Below the pieces are notes generated by a model, which saw only the letters and a list, made by a program, of their open reading frames with translations, had not been told where the DNA came from and ran no database searches. The translations under genes were made by a program, and so were the position numbers. From Planctomycetota bacterium (lineage in GTDB: Bacteria; Planctomycetota; UBA8108; SXIK01), in NCBI GenBank assembly GCA_965223265.1, contig OZ244999.1, forward strand, positions 3,360,001-3,424,000: 64,000 nt of DNA, written 5' to 3'. Position 1 is the stretch's first letter; each line of letters starts with the position of its first letter. This document shows positions 31,500 to 42,500 of the stretch, piece after piece.

Positions 31500-32164
31500 G
31501 GTGTCGGCTCAGTCTTGGCCGGGGAGGTGAAGTCCCGGCGGGGAAGGTGATTTTCAAGCGCTGCAAGGAATTTGAGCATTGCGTCGGTGTAGATGCGCCG
31601 TGTGATTTCGTCAGACGGACCGAGGTCGCCAGCGAGCGTGATGACCGCGTGCCAAGGCGAACGCTTGATCCGGTCGGTGAAAAAAGCCTTCCACCGATTT
31701 GGCTTGTAGTCGCCATCGATAAAGATCGTGTGGAGGCTGATCGATGGATTCTTGTATTTGTCCTGCCAGTAGGCTTCGGCGAACCCCAGCTCAGCTCCAT
31801 CTCCGCTCGGCAAGTGCACGATTTCCTGCTTCTGGAGACGCAAACCTCCGGCTTCGAAGCAGACGAGCGGATGGTGGTCCCCGGCCGTTGAACCGCCCGA
31901 GACGAACCCGACATAAAGGCGCATTGTCAGGCCGCCGTTCGAATAGCTGCGGTTGAGATAGTCGGCAACGCCGGCGACCCGTACGATCTCGTCCGTGAGA
32001 GGCTCGTCGCGTTCGACCCAATTCTCGCCAAGGAGGCCTGACGGGAATTCGCTGAGCGCTTTGATGGGTTGCACGAAACGCGGCGTCTCGACAATCTTGT
32101 CGTGAACGAAGCGGATTCCAAACGCGACCCATAGGACTGAGGCGAGCACAACCAGTCGATTCAC
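31496..32164 (-). CDS. epsI: Exosortase-associated EpsI family protein
   Basis: VADYLNRSY, HHPLVCFEAGG motif; GTGA overlap with the exosortase stop. Confidence 0.82.
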   Translation of the reverse strand: MNRLVVLASVLWVAFGIRFVHDKIVETPRFVQPIKALSEFPSGLLGENWVERDEPLTDEIVRVAGVADYLNRSYSNGGLTMRLYVGFVSGGSTAGDHHPLVCFEAGGLRLQKQEIVHLPSGDGAELGFAEAYWQDKYKNPSISLHTIFIDGDYKPNRWKAFFTDRIKRSPWHAVITLAGDLGPSDEITRRIYTDAMLKFLAALENHLPRRDFTSPAKTEPTP

Positions 32165-33057
32165 AACACTTCGCCCTCCTGCGGCTTCGGGGGAAACACC
32201 CACGCGAAGAAGCGGTAGCCGGCAAAGAGGAGGAGGAGACTGAGCACAAAGACTGCGACCCCCACAGCATCGTGCGCGAACCCGCTCGTCAGATCGATGT
32301 TGAACTTGTGTAGGCAGGCAGCGACGACGCAAATCCTCACTACATTGACGGCGATCGTTACCGGCACAGCCGTCAGCGTCAGCAGGATGGCTGCCGGCCA
32401 GCGGAGCGCGAAGAGGTACGCCATAAGCGTTGACGTCGCTGTGATCGCAACGAGCGAACGGATGCCGCTGCAGGCGTCAGCGACCTCGAGCTGCACGCTA
32501 CCAAGGAGGAGCACGTTGCCTTCGGGAAAGGCCGGGACGCCAGTTCGTAGGAGCAATTCGGCGGAGAGGGAGGTGGCGATGGATTTGAGTCCAATGCGGA
32601 CGGGCTCGAGGATTGGATTCGGGGGCGGAATGCAGAATAGAAGGAAAAAGAACGGGAACGGGTGCGCTCGCATGAACGCGCGGCCAGTCGCGAACCAAAC
32701 CGCCCCCACGATACTCATCCAGAGGGCCAAACGTTCCACCGAGTGGATCGCGGTCAGTCGACCCGCAGCGAAGAGGAGGAGGCCGGTGGCGAGTAAGAAA
32801 GCGCCCGCTCGATCGTGTTGACGCGGTAGCTGTGCGATCTCGCGGCGGCGGCCATAGAGGATCGCCGCGGAGATGATCGGAACGAGAAAACCATGCGAGA
32901 ACTCGTCATGACGTGACCAATACTCCACGACGGCAACGAGCGTTGGCCAGAATAGCCCCACAAATCCCACGATAGCGAGGATCAGCGGGACTCGAGATCG
33001 CTCGAGAAAGCTCCCAATGGGAGCTATGGAGGTAGATGCGCGGGTGGGAATGGACAT
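32161..33057 (-). CDS. Exosortase (EpsH/Xrt family)
   Basis: Multi-TM; FSHGFLVP; catalytic Cys in VADACSGIRSL, Arg in NVVRI, His in AHDAVG; start 33057 or 33108. Confidence 0.93.
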   Translation of the reverse strand: MSIPTRASTSIAPIGSFLERSRVPLILAIVGFVGLFWPTLVAVVEYWSRHDEFSHGFLVPIISAAILYGRRREIAQLPRQHDRAGAFLLATGLLLFAAGRLTAIHSVERLALWMSIVGAVWFATGRAFMRAHPFPFFFLLFCIPPPNPILEPVRIGLKSIATSLSAELLLRTGVPAFPEGNVLLLGSVQLEVADACSGIRSLVAITATSTLMAYLFALRWPAAILLTLTAVPVTIAVNVVRICVVAACLHKFNIDLTSGFAHDAVGVAVFVLSLLLLFAGYRFFAWVFPPKPQEGEVL

Positions 33058-33172
33058 ACGGCCACAACACCGGAAGATGATCAGGATTCCTATCCAGCGG
33101 CTGGACATTATAGCTCGTTACGGGAGGCGAACTACCGTGTTCTTGCGCGCTGTTGCTGACAGTGAAACGGGG

Positions 33173-33188
33173 TGCAATCGCCATGCCT
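33173..33188 (-). promoter_or_regulatory. Putative sigma-54 (-24/-12) promoter for the exosortase operon
   Basis: Minus strand AGGCATGGCGATTGCA = GG-N10-GC with GGCA and TTGCA. Confidence 0.55.
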
Positions 33189-33579
33189 ACGTTACCGGAC
33201 GGTAGCGAGCGCCGGTGACGTGAGGCCTCCTATTCTCTCCTCGGCGAGCTTCGAAATCCCTCAGGTTTTCTCTGACTGGTCTCCAGGCGACCCATTGTCC
33301 CCGGCCTCAACGTTCTTCGACTGAACCACAGATCCGTGAGGAGGTCGCTCAACTTGGACAACCACGTTGCTCTTTCTATAATGAGCTGCCGACGATAGAA
33401 GGAGACCGCGAGCAGTGCGTCCCGTCGAGTTGAGCCGGAATCTGCTGTTCTGGCGTGGACTCGATCCGGACCAGATGCAAGCCATGGCCACCCAGCGCGC
33501 GCACCTCAGGCGACGCTAGTTCGAACATGCATAGACCTATCCGACCCGAGACGTTTCGTTCTCGGCCACGCTCCCTACG

Positions 33580-33734
33580 CAGGGTCATTGAGAAAAAAAT
33601 CCGGCCGAGAAACTGAACTCTTCATGCCCAACTTGGGGCAATACTGGAAAGTCCCGAAGATGATGTGCGTTTGTCCCGGCCAATCTGGACGCGAATGACT
33701 CGATCTCGACTCGAAACACTTTTTCAGCCGGCTG
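33580..33734. mobile_element. MITE-like repeat family, copy B
   Basis: CGGCCGAGAAACTG...CTCGACTCGAAACACTTTTTCAGCCGGCTG aligns with the reverse complement of copy C; left end eroded. Confidence 0.7.
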
Positions 33735-33785
33735 TTGGGCGTCTGCCCGGCCCTCTGTTCTACGGTTTGCAGACTCCGGTATTCG

Positions 33786-35162
33786 ATGAACGACTTTAGA
33801 TCCGAGTTTGCCGACAACACGACGCTTCACCCCGTCAGTATCGCGGCCGTGATCATCCTTGGGACGGCGCTGATCGCCCTGCCGCGCCGTTTTGCGACGT
33901 TCCCGCTCGTGCTCGTCGCCTGCTTTATTCCTGTCGCTCAACGACTCGTTGTCGCAGGCTTCGATTTCTCGTTGTTGCGTTTGATGATTCTCTTTGGCTG
34001 GACCCGGCTCTTCACGCGCGACGAAATCGCAGGGTTTCGATGGAAACGATTGGATACGCTGATCTGCCTTTGGGCTGCCGCGAAGATCATCACCTTCACG
34101 ATCTGTTTCGGAACGGTCGGCGCTTTCGTCAACCGATTGGGTGGCGCTTTCGAGGCGGTAGGGCTCTATTTTCTCTTTCGGTGCTTGTTGCAAAACCTTG
34201 ACGACGTCGACGCGACGATTCGTAGCTTTATGATCGTGAGCATCCCGGTAGCGTTTGTCTTCATGATCGAAAACATGACCCGGCACAATTTGTTTTCGGT
34301 GTTCGGTGGCGTGCCTGCTGTGACCATGATTCGAGACGGCCGGCTGCGCTGTCAGGGCGCGTTTTCCCATCCCATCATCGCGGGCTGTTTCTGGGCTACG
34401 CTCATCCCCTTAATGGCAGCGCGCTGGTGGAGAGCCCGAGCCCGAACGTTCGTCGTTGCGGCATTTGCCGCCTCCTTCGCAATCATCATTTTCGTTGCCT
34501 CGAGCACGCCGCTCGCGGGCGTGGCGGCTGCCGTGCTCGGCGCAGCGCTATTCCCAATGCGCGAAAACATGCGGGCGCTTCGTTGGAGTTTTGTGTTTGT
34601 CGTTGTTTGTCTTGACATCGTCATGAAAGCCCCGGTTTGGCACCTCATCTCGCGCGTCGATCTTGTCGGTGGATCGACCGGGTACCATAGATATCTTCTC
34701 GTCGATAGCGCGATTCGGAACTTCAACGAGTGGTGGTTGGTCGGCACGGCGTCAACACATCATTGGGGGCATATGATGTACGATGTCGCGAACCAATACG
34801 TGCTCGAGGGTGTGCAGGGGGGGGCCATTTCACTGCTCTTGTTTCTTTTGATGGTGGCGACCGCCTTCGGGGGCGTCGGTCGTTTTTGGCGCTCGGTGAA
34901 ACACGATAAGGGCCAGGTGATCATGGCGTGGGCGCTTGGCATTTCCCTCTTCGTACACACGGTGAATTTCATCGGCGTGTCTTACTTCGGACAGATCACC
35001 ATGCTGTGGTTTATGTTGCTTGCGATTATTGTCACGTTGGATCCAGCCGGTGCCGCGCCGCAGACGTCACGAGTTGTTGAGGAGGAGGACGACGAGCGCT
35101 CGACCGCGAAGATCCAGAGCCAGCCGCGACGAACTCCGTATCTGGGCGCTTTGGTGAGGTGA
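33786..35162 (+). CDS. Wzy polymerase / O-antigen ligase-like membrane protein
   Basis: About 10-12 TM segments; RLRCQGAFSHPI, STGYHR, DVANQY; located among EPS genes. Confidence 0.78.
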   Translation: MNDFRSEFADNTTLHPVSIAAVIILGTALIALPRRFATFPLVLVACFIPVAQRLVVAGFDFSLLRLMILFGWTRLFTRDEIAGFRWKRLDTLICLWAAAKIITFTICFGTVGAFVNRLGGAFEAVGLYFLFRCLLQNLDDVDATIRSFMIVSIPVAFVFMIENMTRHNLFSVFGGVPAVTMIRDGRLRCQGAFSHPIIAGCFWATLIPLMAARWWRARARTFVVAAFAASFAIIIFVASSTPLAGVAAAVLGAALFPMRENMRALRWSFVFVVVCLDIVMKAPVWHLISRVDLVGGSTGYHRYLLVDSAIRNFNEWWLVGTASTHHWGHMMYDVANQYVLEGVQGGAISLLLFLLMVATAFGGVGRFWRSVKHDKGQVIMAWALGISLFVHTVNFIGVSYFGQITMLWFMLLAIIVTLDPAGAAPQTSRVVEEEDDERSTAKIQSQPRRTPYLGALVR

Positions 35163-35298
35163 ATTCCCGCACTCCCGACACGCTTCTCGTCGCCGCCAAC
35201 ATGGCTGATACAGTCGTGGTGTTGAAAAGCGGCGCCGGGGCCGACGAGCTTTCACCGCCACGTCGACAAGGACTCCGATCTCCTCACCGAAAACGCAC

Positions 35299-36078
35299 TT
35301 GACCTACGAGATGACATCTACACCGACTGTCGCGTTCGTTTGCCTTGTCAATCGTCATGACGAGTACGACGCGACGCGAAGGACCCTCGAACCACAGTTT
35401 TCGAGCGGCGATCTGGAGTGCATTCCCGTTCGTGCCGACGAACGAAAGTGGAACGCAGCGGTTGGCTTGAATCACGGTATTGATGCGAGCTCGGCTGATT
35501 GGATCGTCTGCGCCCACCAAGACGTGCGCTTTCCGTCGTCGTGGTGGGAACGAGCCTCCGCACAGCTTCGATCTTGGCGTGGAACAGTAGGTATTGCGGG
35601 GTTGGTTGGCGTTCAGCGCTCGGGAAGATTCGTCGGGCATGTCGTTGATCCGCACGGACACTGTCGTTGGCGTCCCTTGCCGGCGCGCGTCTGCAGTGTT
35701 GACGAGCATGTGATCATCATTCGTCGCGACAGCGGTCTGCGGTTCGATCCAGAGAATCCACACTTTCACTGTTATGGAACCGATATTGCGTTGACAGCGG
35801 CGCGTGACGGCCAGGACGCCATCGTGATCGATGCCCCGGTCTTGCATCTTTCGGGAGGGAAACTCGACGATCGATTTGGAGTTGCATCGGAGTGGCTACT
35901 TGAGAAATGGGGGGGCAGCATGAACGACGTTATTCCAACGTGCGCCGCTGTGATCGCGCGTCAGCGGCACAGGAATTCCCTGCGACGACTACGGGTCCGA
36001 CTGACCCGGCGCCAAAGCCGGACCCGGCGTCACTGCGACTGTGAGTTTGATGTTTCGGAGTTGGTTGATGAGAGCTGA
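35299..36078 (+). CDS. Glycosyltransferase family 2-like protein
   Basis: GLNHGI, CAHQDVRF, FHCYGTD, VLHLSGG. Confidence 0.8.
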   Translation: MTYEMTSTPTVAFVCLVNRHDEYDATRRTLEPQFSSGDLECIPVRADERKWNAAVGLNHGIDASSADWIVCAHQDVRFPSSWWERASAQLRSWRGTVGIAGLVGVQRSGRFVGHVVDPHGHCRWRPLPARVCSVDEHVIIIRRDSGLRFDPENPHFHCYGTDIALTAARDGQDAIVIDAPVLHLSGGKLDDRFGVASEWLLEKWGGSMNDVIPTCAAVIARQRHRNSLRRLRVRLTRRQSRTRRHCDCEFDVSELVDES

Positions 36079-37501
36079 GACAGCTCCTCTCTCGGTGCTG
36101 ATTGTCGCGTACTATTTTCCCCCACACGGCGGAGCCGGTACGCAGCGGTTCGCCAAGTTCGTCCAGTACTTGCCTGAGTTCGGGGTCACACCGATCGTCG
36201 TCACCTCCGACGCACGCGACACAAATCCGAACGCACCGGTGCGCGACGACGCCATTCAAGTTCCGCCGGGAACAAAAGTCATCCGCGTCGCAGGCGAGTC
36301 GACCCCGCGCACGCTGATGCAGCGCATTCGACGCCGTGCAAGGTTGATCGCGGACTACGACGAATGGGTAGCGCTCGCCTGGCCTGTTGTTGAGGCTGCG
36401 ATCGAAGAGCACCGTCCGGACGCCGTCATCACGACACTGTCACCGTACGCAGCATCTGACCTGGGGATCCGTGTTCAGCGCCGTTTCCGTCTGCCGTGGA
36501 TCGTCGACCTGCGAGACCCGTGGGCACTGGATGGCTGGAGAGTCTACCCCACCTACATCCACGCGCTTTTCGATCTTAACCGCATGCGGCGTACCTTATC
36601 CCTGGCAGACATCGTTGTTGCGAATACACCCGCATCTCGACGCGAATACGAGAATCTAGTGCCTGCTGCGAGGGGCAAAACGTGGACGATCTCGAATGGG
36701 TTTGATCCGGCAGATTTTTCCGGGGGAACTCAGAGCGGGGACCGCGAAACCTTCTCGAGTCGGTCGTGTGAGGAGGGTGGCGACGTCTTCCGATTGGCTC
36801 ACATCGGCACGCTTCACAATGTCGACGAGCCTCGGCCGACGTTTTTTGAACGATGCCGGCAGAAGAGCTGGCGCCGAGTTGAGTATTCGGCAAGATCAGG
36901 TCGTCATCTCTTTGAGGCTGTCGCGAGACTGAAACGATCCGCCCCCGACTTGTTCGCGCATCTGCGCCTCGAATTGGTCGGGATCGTCCATCCTAGTCAT
37001 CGACGACTGGCGGCGAGACTGGACATCTCCGATCACGTTTTCGAGCATGGCTATCAGCGACATCGAGATTCGCTCAAGATCCTCGAGCGCAGCTCTGCGG
37101 TATTCCTCCCACTTCATGCGATTCCCGACGGGGAGGAGGCGCTCATCGTTCCTGGTAAGACTTACGAAGCACTCGCGAGCGGAAAACACATCATCGCGGC
37201 GTTTCCAGACGGAGACGGAAAGCGGCTCATAGAGATGAGTGGAGCCGGTCGAGTGTGCAGTCCGACTTCAGCGTCGGGACTCTACGAAGCGCTCCGCGAG
37301 GCCATCGCGCTCTGGCGTGACGGGAGTCCCTGCTTGGGTGCGCGACGAGCTGATCTGGAACCATTCACCAGAAGAAGTTTAACGCGTCGACTCGCCGCTG
37401 CGATTGGTTTCGTTACCGGACGACGGCACGAAGCCTTGCTCGACGACCCCTGGAAAGAACTGGAGCGACGAATCGAAGAACGCGGCAGTGCTGTCTCCTG
37501 A
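36068..37501 (+). CDS. Glycosyltransferase family 4 (GT-B)
   Basis: LIVAYYFPP, WIVDLRDPW, ISNGFD, PGKTYEAL. Confidence 0.88.
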   Translation: MRAETAPLSVLIVAYYFPPHGGAGTQRFAKFVQYLPEFGVTPIVVTSDARDTNPNAPVRDDAIQVPPGTKVIRVAGESTPRTLMQRIRRRARLIADYDEWVALAWPVVEAAIEEHRPDAVITTLSPYAASDLGIRVQRRFRLPWIVDLRDPWALDGWRVYPTYIHALFDLNRMRRTLSLADIVVANTPASRREYENLVPAARGKTWTISNGFDPADFSGGTQSGDRETFSSRSCEEGGDVFRLAHIGTLHNVDEPRPTFFERCRQKSWRRVEYSARSGRHLFEAVARLKRSAPDLFAHLRLELVGIVHPSHRRLAARLDISDHVFEHGYQRHRDSLKILERSSAVFLPLHAIPDGEEALIVPGKTYEALASGKHIIAAFPDGDGKRLIEMSGAGRVCSPTSASGLYEALREAIALWRDGSPCLGARRADLEPFTRRSLTRRLAAAIGFVTGRRHEALLDDPWKELERRIEERGSAVS

Positions 37502-37707
37502 CGTCGAAACCGACGGTTCCGTACCCACTTCGACTCTTCCGACGGGTCCGTCCACCGCTGGGCGAATTGCCGATATTTTTCGAGGACGGTTCAATTTCGG
37601 ATCCGTTAAGCTCCGCCACGATGAACGGTCGAAGTCTAAAGATGTGCACACGTCTTACGCTGCACGTCTGTCTGTTGCAGCACACTTGACTCCTGGCTCT
37701 TCTTTCG

Positions 37708-38442
37708 ATGTCTGCTCGTTTGACTCCGACAACCACGACTCCTGAAGACGCAATCACTGCGGTCGACGATGGGCCAACGAGTCCCTCGTGTCCGCTCGTA
37801 AGTTGCCTCAACTTTCACGGGGTAGGTACTCCTTGCCGCGAGCTCGAGCCTGGTGAGCAAGACTTTTGGATCTCCGCTGAGTCATTCGAGGCGATACTCA
37901 CAGCCGTCGGGTCGCTTGGGCCCGTCATGATTACCGTAGACGATGGGAACAAGTCTGACGTGGAGACCGTGCTTCCGATCTTGCAGCGGTTCTCTCTCTC
38001 TGCGACTTTCTTCGTCGTTGCGGGACGTGTGAATGCGCCTGGGTTTCTTTCCGCGGACGACATCAGATGCCTGACGGAAGCGGGCATGCGCATCGGCTCG
38101 CACGGCATGACGCACCGGTGCTGGCGTGGCATGACTCAGAGGCAGATGAACGAAGAGTTCGTCGCTGCGAGGAAGTGTCTCGAAACGGTGGTGGGGGAAC
38201 CGGTCGACGAAGCGGCCTGTCCGTTTGGAAGCTACGGCCGCCGAGTGCTGTCACAATTGCGTCAACTCGGCTACCGGCGTGTCTACACAAGTGACGGCGC
38301 ACCGCCGAGGCCCGGCGCGTGGCTCATGTCTCGACTGCCGATTCGACGCCGTCATTCTGCGCAGCAGATCGCCGAAGAGATCGCACGTCAGCGCGGGCAC
38401 TGGTTCAGACGGTTCAAAATGATGCTGAAGCAGCTCGTCTGA
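37708..38442 (+). CDS. Polysaccharide deacetylase (NodB/CE4)
   Basis: NFHGVG, ITVDDG, ATFFV, IGSHGMTH, CPFG. Confidence 0.9.
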   Translation: MSARLTPTTTTPEDAITAVDDGPTSPSCPLVSCLNFHGVGTPCRELEPGEQDFWISAESFEAILTAVGSLGPVMITVDDGNKSDVETVLPILQRFSLSATFFVVAGRVNAPGFLSADDIRCLTEAGMRIGSHGMTHRCWRGMTQRQMNEEFVAARKCLETVVGEPVDEAACPFGSYGRRVLSQLRQLGYRRVYTSDGAPPRPGAWLMSRLPIRRRHSAQQIAEEIARQRGHWFRRFKMMLKQLV

Positions 38443-38625
38443 CCGCACATGTAAGCTGCGCGCAGAGAAAGTCATTCGGCCGAGAAACAGAGCCGCTCAC
38501 GCCCAACTCGACCGCGTACTCGCCGTGCTCGTATGATCAACAGGCCCGACGAGGACTACAGTCGAGATGGGCACGAATGACTCGGTTTTCGACTTCGAGA
38601 CGACTACGCCTCAAACGCAATCGAT

Positions 38626-39057
38626 TTACGGAGCCAGTGCGTCTGCTGCAAGTTCGTCCGACGGCAAGCTCTCGTTGCCGTACCAGTCGTACGCGGCCAC
38701 CGAGATGTAGTACCGTCCCGGCGCCAGGTCCTGGAGGACGACACTGGTGAGACTTCCGACGTCCGTCGCGGTGTCGTACTGTCCGCTGGTCGGGCCGTCG
38801 TAAACAACGTAGCCGGCGACATCATTGGCTACCGTGCCATCGGGGTTCGTAGAGACGGGATCCCACTCGATGGCAATGCTTGCTGCGCCTTCCTCTGGTC
38901 GCTCGGGAGTCTCGTTTGGAGACTGCACATCCGTCGGCGTAGACGGATCCACGCCTCGATTGGCAACGTCGGATTCTTCGCCGCAACCGATGCACATCGC
39001 AAGAGCGCAAGCGACTGCGACCCGTCGCCAGCTCGTCAAGGTCGTTTTCTGTAACAT
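38626..39057 (-). CDS. Small lipoprotein with fibronectin type III-like domain
   Basis: Lipobox MCIGC; WDPV...VAGYVVY...YYISVAAYD..GNES; GGGGAG RBS before ATG 39057. Confidence 0.82.
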   Translation of the reverse strand: MLQKTTLTSWRRVAVACALAMCIGCGEESDVANRGVDPSTPTDVQSPNETPERPEEGAASIAIEWDPVSTNPDGTVANDVAGYVVYDGPTSGQYDTATDVGSLTSVVLQDLAPGRYYISVAAYDWYGNESLPSDELAADALAP

Positions 39058-39134
39058 GACTCTCTCCCCGCTTTTCTCCTTACGTCGCGAACGAGACTTC
39101 GAAACGAACGAAACGGAACCAACGATTACCGGCC

Positions 39135-39152
39135 TTGCAACGCAAGTGCCGA
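39135..39152 (-). promoter_or_regulatory. Putative sigma-54 promoter for the FN3 lipoprotein gene
   Basis: Minus strand TCGGCACTTGCGTTGCAA, close to TGGCAC-N5-TTGCW, about 80 bp upstream of the ATG. Confidence 0.6.
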
Positions 39153-39350
39153 TATCCAAACATCTCCCCTAACATTGTTGATCATTGGCAGTTGTATCGC
39201 GTCGTCAGGAGTCCAGGGCGAGTGAGGGACCGGTAAGAATTGCCACGATCGAGTTTTCGGCCGGGGCGAAATGCCTTGGTGGTGCAGCCGTGACCACAAA
39301 TGAAGTCAGCGCGCTCGCAGCGATGGCCGATGGAGAGAGTAGTCGTCTAA

Positions 39351-39509
39351 CAGCCGGTTGAATGAGTGCTTCGAGTCGAGGACTGGTCGCTCCGTGTTCG
39401 GATCGGCCGTGGCAAGCGCATGGAGTCTCCGAGATTCTCGAGTGTTGACACGGTCCAGCTGGGCGTAAAGAAGCCAGTTCCTCGGCCGAGTGACTCTTTC
39501 AACAGGCTG
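39351..39509. mobile_element. MITE-like element, copy C (most intact), 159 bp
   Basis: TIRs CAGCCGGTTGAATGAGT / CAGCCTGTTGAAAGAGT (15/17 identical); CTAA direct repeat on both sides (39347-39350, 39510-39513); no transposase. Confidence 0.78.
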
Positions 39510-39554
39510 CTAACCGTCTCTCTGCAGTTGCATGCCGCCGCCTGAGGTTTCCCC

Positions 39555-42500
39555 ATGCCGAAGAACGAACACGACGCTGTATTCGTCGGAAACGACGTCT
39601 TGCTAATCGAGTGTGCCCGTCGTTGGAGGGAGCGTGGCCACGCCGTAAGCCGTGTCGTGACCGAGGCAAAGAAGGTGTCCATGTGGGCTCAAGCTGAAGG
39701 CATCTCAGTGTGCACAAGTGCGGAGGCCGCGTGGGAAGACCGCGAGAGCACTGATTTCCTCTTCAGCATTAGCTACCTTGATGTCCTGCCGCGCGAGGCG
39801 ATCTCGCTAGCGACAGAGGGGGCGATCAACTTCCACGACGGCCCGTTGCCGCGATATGCTGGCCTCAACACTCCAGTATGGGCACTCATCAACCGCGAGA
39901 ACAAGTACGGCATCACTTGGCATTTGCTTGAGTCGCAGATCGACGCCGGAGACATTGTCTGTCAGCGGCTTTTCGATCTCGAGCCAGGTGATACAGCTGT
40001 GTCCGTTAACACGAAGTGTTTTCAAGCCGCAATTGACGGTTTTGAAGAATTGCTCGATCGACTCGAACGTGGAGAGCTCGAACGTCGGGCGCAAGATCAA
40101 ACGCAGCGAAGCTACTACAGAAAGTACCAGCGGCCTCCGGCTGCGTGCGTGATCGACTGGACTCGGTCGGCCAAGGAGATCGAGGCACTGGTTCGCGCTC
40201 TCGACTTTGGGCGCTACCGAAACCCCGTGGGCGTCGCGAAGCTCGTTAAACAAGGAAAGGCTTTCTGCGTCCGAAAAGCTCGAATCGGCGCTGATGAGAA
40301 CGACGCGTCTCCGGGAACCGTGATCGCGGTCGAGCCGGCTGAAATCACTGTCGCGACTGGCGACGGCCTCCTAGCCATTCAGAGTGTGTCAACGCTGGAA
40401 GGACGGGAGGTCAGTCTTGATGATCTTGCGACCGAGCTCCGTCTGACTCCCGGGGCTCGCCTGGACCTGTTGTCGCCGGAGATGCATGAAGAGCTGACGG
40501 GGTATGCTGAATCGCTAGCCCGTTCAGAGGAGTTCTGGGCGCAGCGTTTGCACGAGCTTTCGCCGCTTGACGCCCGCGCCTTGTTCCCGGAGCGAGCCGG
40601 CGGCCGTTTGACGAACACCTCAGCTCGATCGTTGCCGATTGCTGTGCCGCGTTCGTTCGCAGAGGCGTTCACCAATCTGGGACTGGCGGAAGCACTTTCC
40701 GGCGCGATAGGGGCGTATCTGTCCCGCCTCTGCAATGAGCACGAGTTCGACATAGGATTCGTGGGAGACGCACTTCGTCGACAGAGTGCGCGTTTCGATG
40801 CTTTCACCACGCCGGTCGTGCCGCTTCATTTTCGTTTCGCGCCTGACCAACGTTTCGACACGTTCATGAATTCACTGATCTGGGAACTGGACCAGGTCCG
40901 CACCCACCAGACGTGGTTGCGAGATCTTGTCTCAAGAGTTTCTGACTTGCACGGGCGTGTCGATTTGACGCGTCGTAGTGTGTGCCCGATCGTGATCTCG
41001 GTACAAGAACCAGGCGAAACGCTTCATCTGGCCGATGCTGATCTGGCTTTCGCGATCACAGATGATTTTGAAGCCTGCCACTGCATCTTCAACTCGAGCA
41101 TCTTTGACAGCGCCGCCGTAGTCGCGCTGGTTGCACGCCTTGAGGCATTCTTGGCTCAGATAGCGAGTCAACCAGACGCGCCGATCTCGGCGCTGAATCT
41201 GCTTCCGGATGCCGAGCGCGAAAAGTTGATCTGTGAATGGAATCAGACGGAAGTCGACGTCCCGCAGGACGTCTGTGTTCATCAGTTGATCGAAGAACAA
41301 GCGAGAAAATCCCCGAGTGCCGTCGCTGTCGTTGTTGACGAACGGGAGTTCACGTACGAACAACTGGATGAGCGCGCGAACGAGCTAGCGGCTTACCTTG
41401 CCCACCGGGGTGTCGGGCCGGAGTCGATTGTCGGCATTTGCCTCGAGCGATCGATTGACGCACTAGTCTCGATCATCGGTATCCACAAGGCGGGTGGCTG
41501 TTATCTTCCCCTCGACCCGTCACTGCCGCGCGACCGTATCGCTTTCGTCCTCAAGGATTCTCAGGCGAGCTTGGTACTGACACACGAGGCTCTGAGGTCG
41601 ACGCTTCCGGATGGTGAGTTTGAGCTCGTCTCCATCGACGCCGAGTGGGATGAAATTCGCGCCACGGAGGTTCCCCCCGTCGCGGCGCTCCCGGTCGGTG
41701 CAAACGCTGCCTACGTCACGTATACGTCCGGGTCGACCGGTAGCCCAAAGGGTGTCGTGGTGGAGCACCGCAACGTCGTCAATTTCTTCGTCGCCATGGA
41801 TCGCTGCATCGGCAACGACGCCGGTGGCGTTTGGCTCGCCGTGACGAACTTGTCCTTCGATATCTCGGTTCTTGAACTGCTCTGGACTCTGGCGCGCGGA
41901 TTCAAAATTGTTCTCTACAGCGGGTCGGAAAGTCATAGGCCTCGCAAAAGGAAAACAACAGCCGCTAGCGTGGCGCTAAGCCTTTACTACTTCTCAAGCC
42001 ACGAGGGCGCCGATGATCGTCGCTATCGGCTCCTCCACGAGGGAGCGAAATTCGCGGACGAGCATGGATTCGAGGCTGTGTGGACCCCGGAGCGGCATTT
42101 TCACGCCTTCGGTGGTCTTTATCCTAACCCGGCGGTAACGAGCGCTGCCCTCGCGACAATCACCCAGCGGGTTCACCTTCGCGCCGGGAGCGTCGTCCTG
42201 CCACTTCACCATCCAATTCGCGTTGCAGAGGATTGGGCGGTCGTGGACAACCTCTCGGGCGGCCGAGTTGGGATTTCGTTCGCGTCAGGCTGGCAGCCGG
42301 CAGATTTCGTCTTGGCGCCGGAGAACTATGCCGACGCGAAGGAAATCATGTTTCGAAACATTGAGCTCGTCCAGCGTTTGTGGCGAGGCGAGACGGTGAA
42401 CTTTCCTGGTCCCAAAGGTGATGTTTCAGTACGAACGCTGCCGCGCCCGACTCAATCAGAGCTGCCGACCTGGGTGACGACGGCGGGGAACATCGACACC

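Noticed and set aside
37404-37745. Small ORF bridging GT4 and the deacetylase
   Set aside because: Overlaps both neighbours and has no motif; cannot be supported
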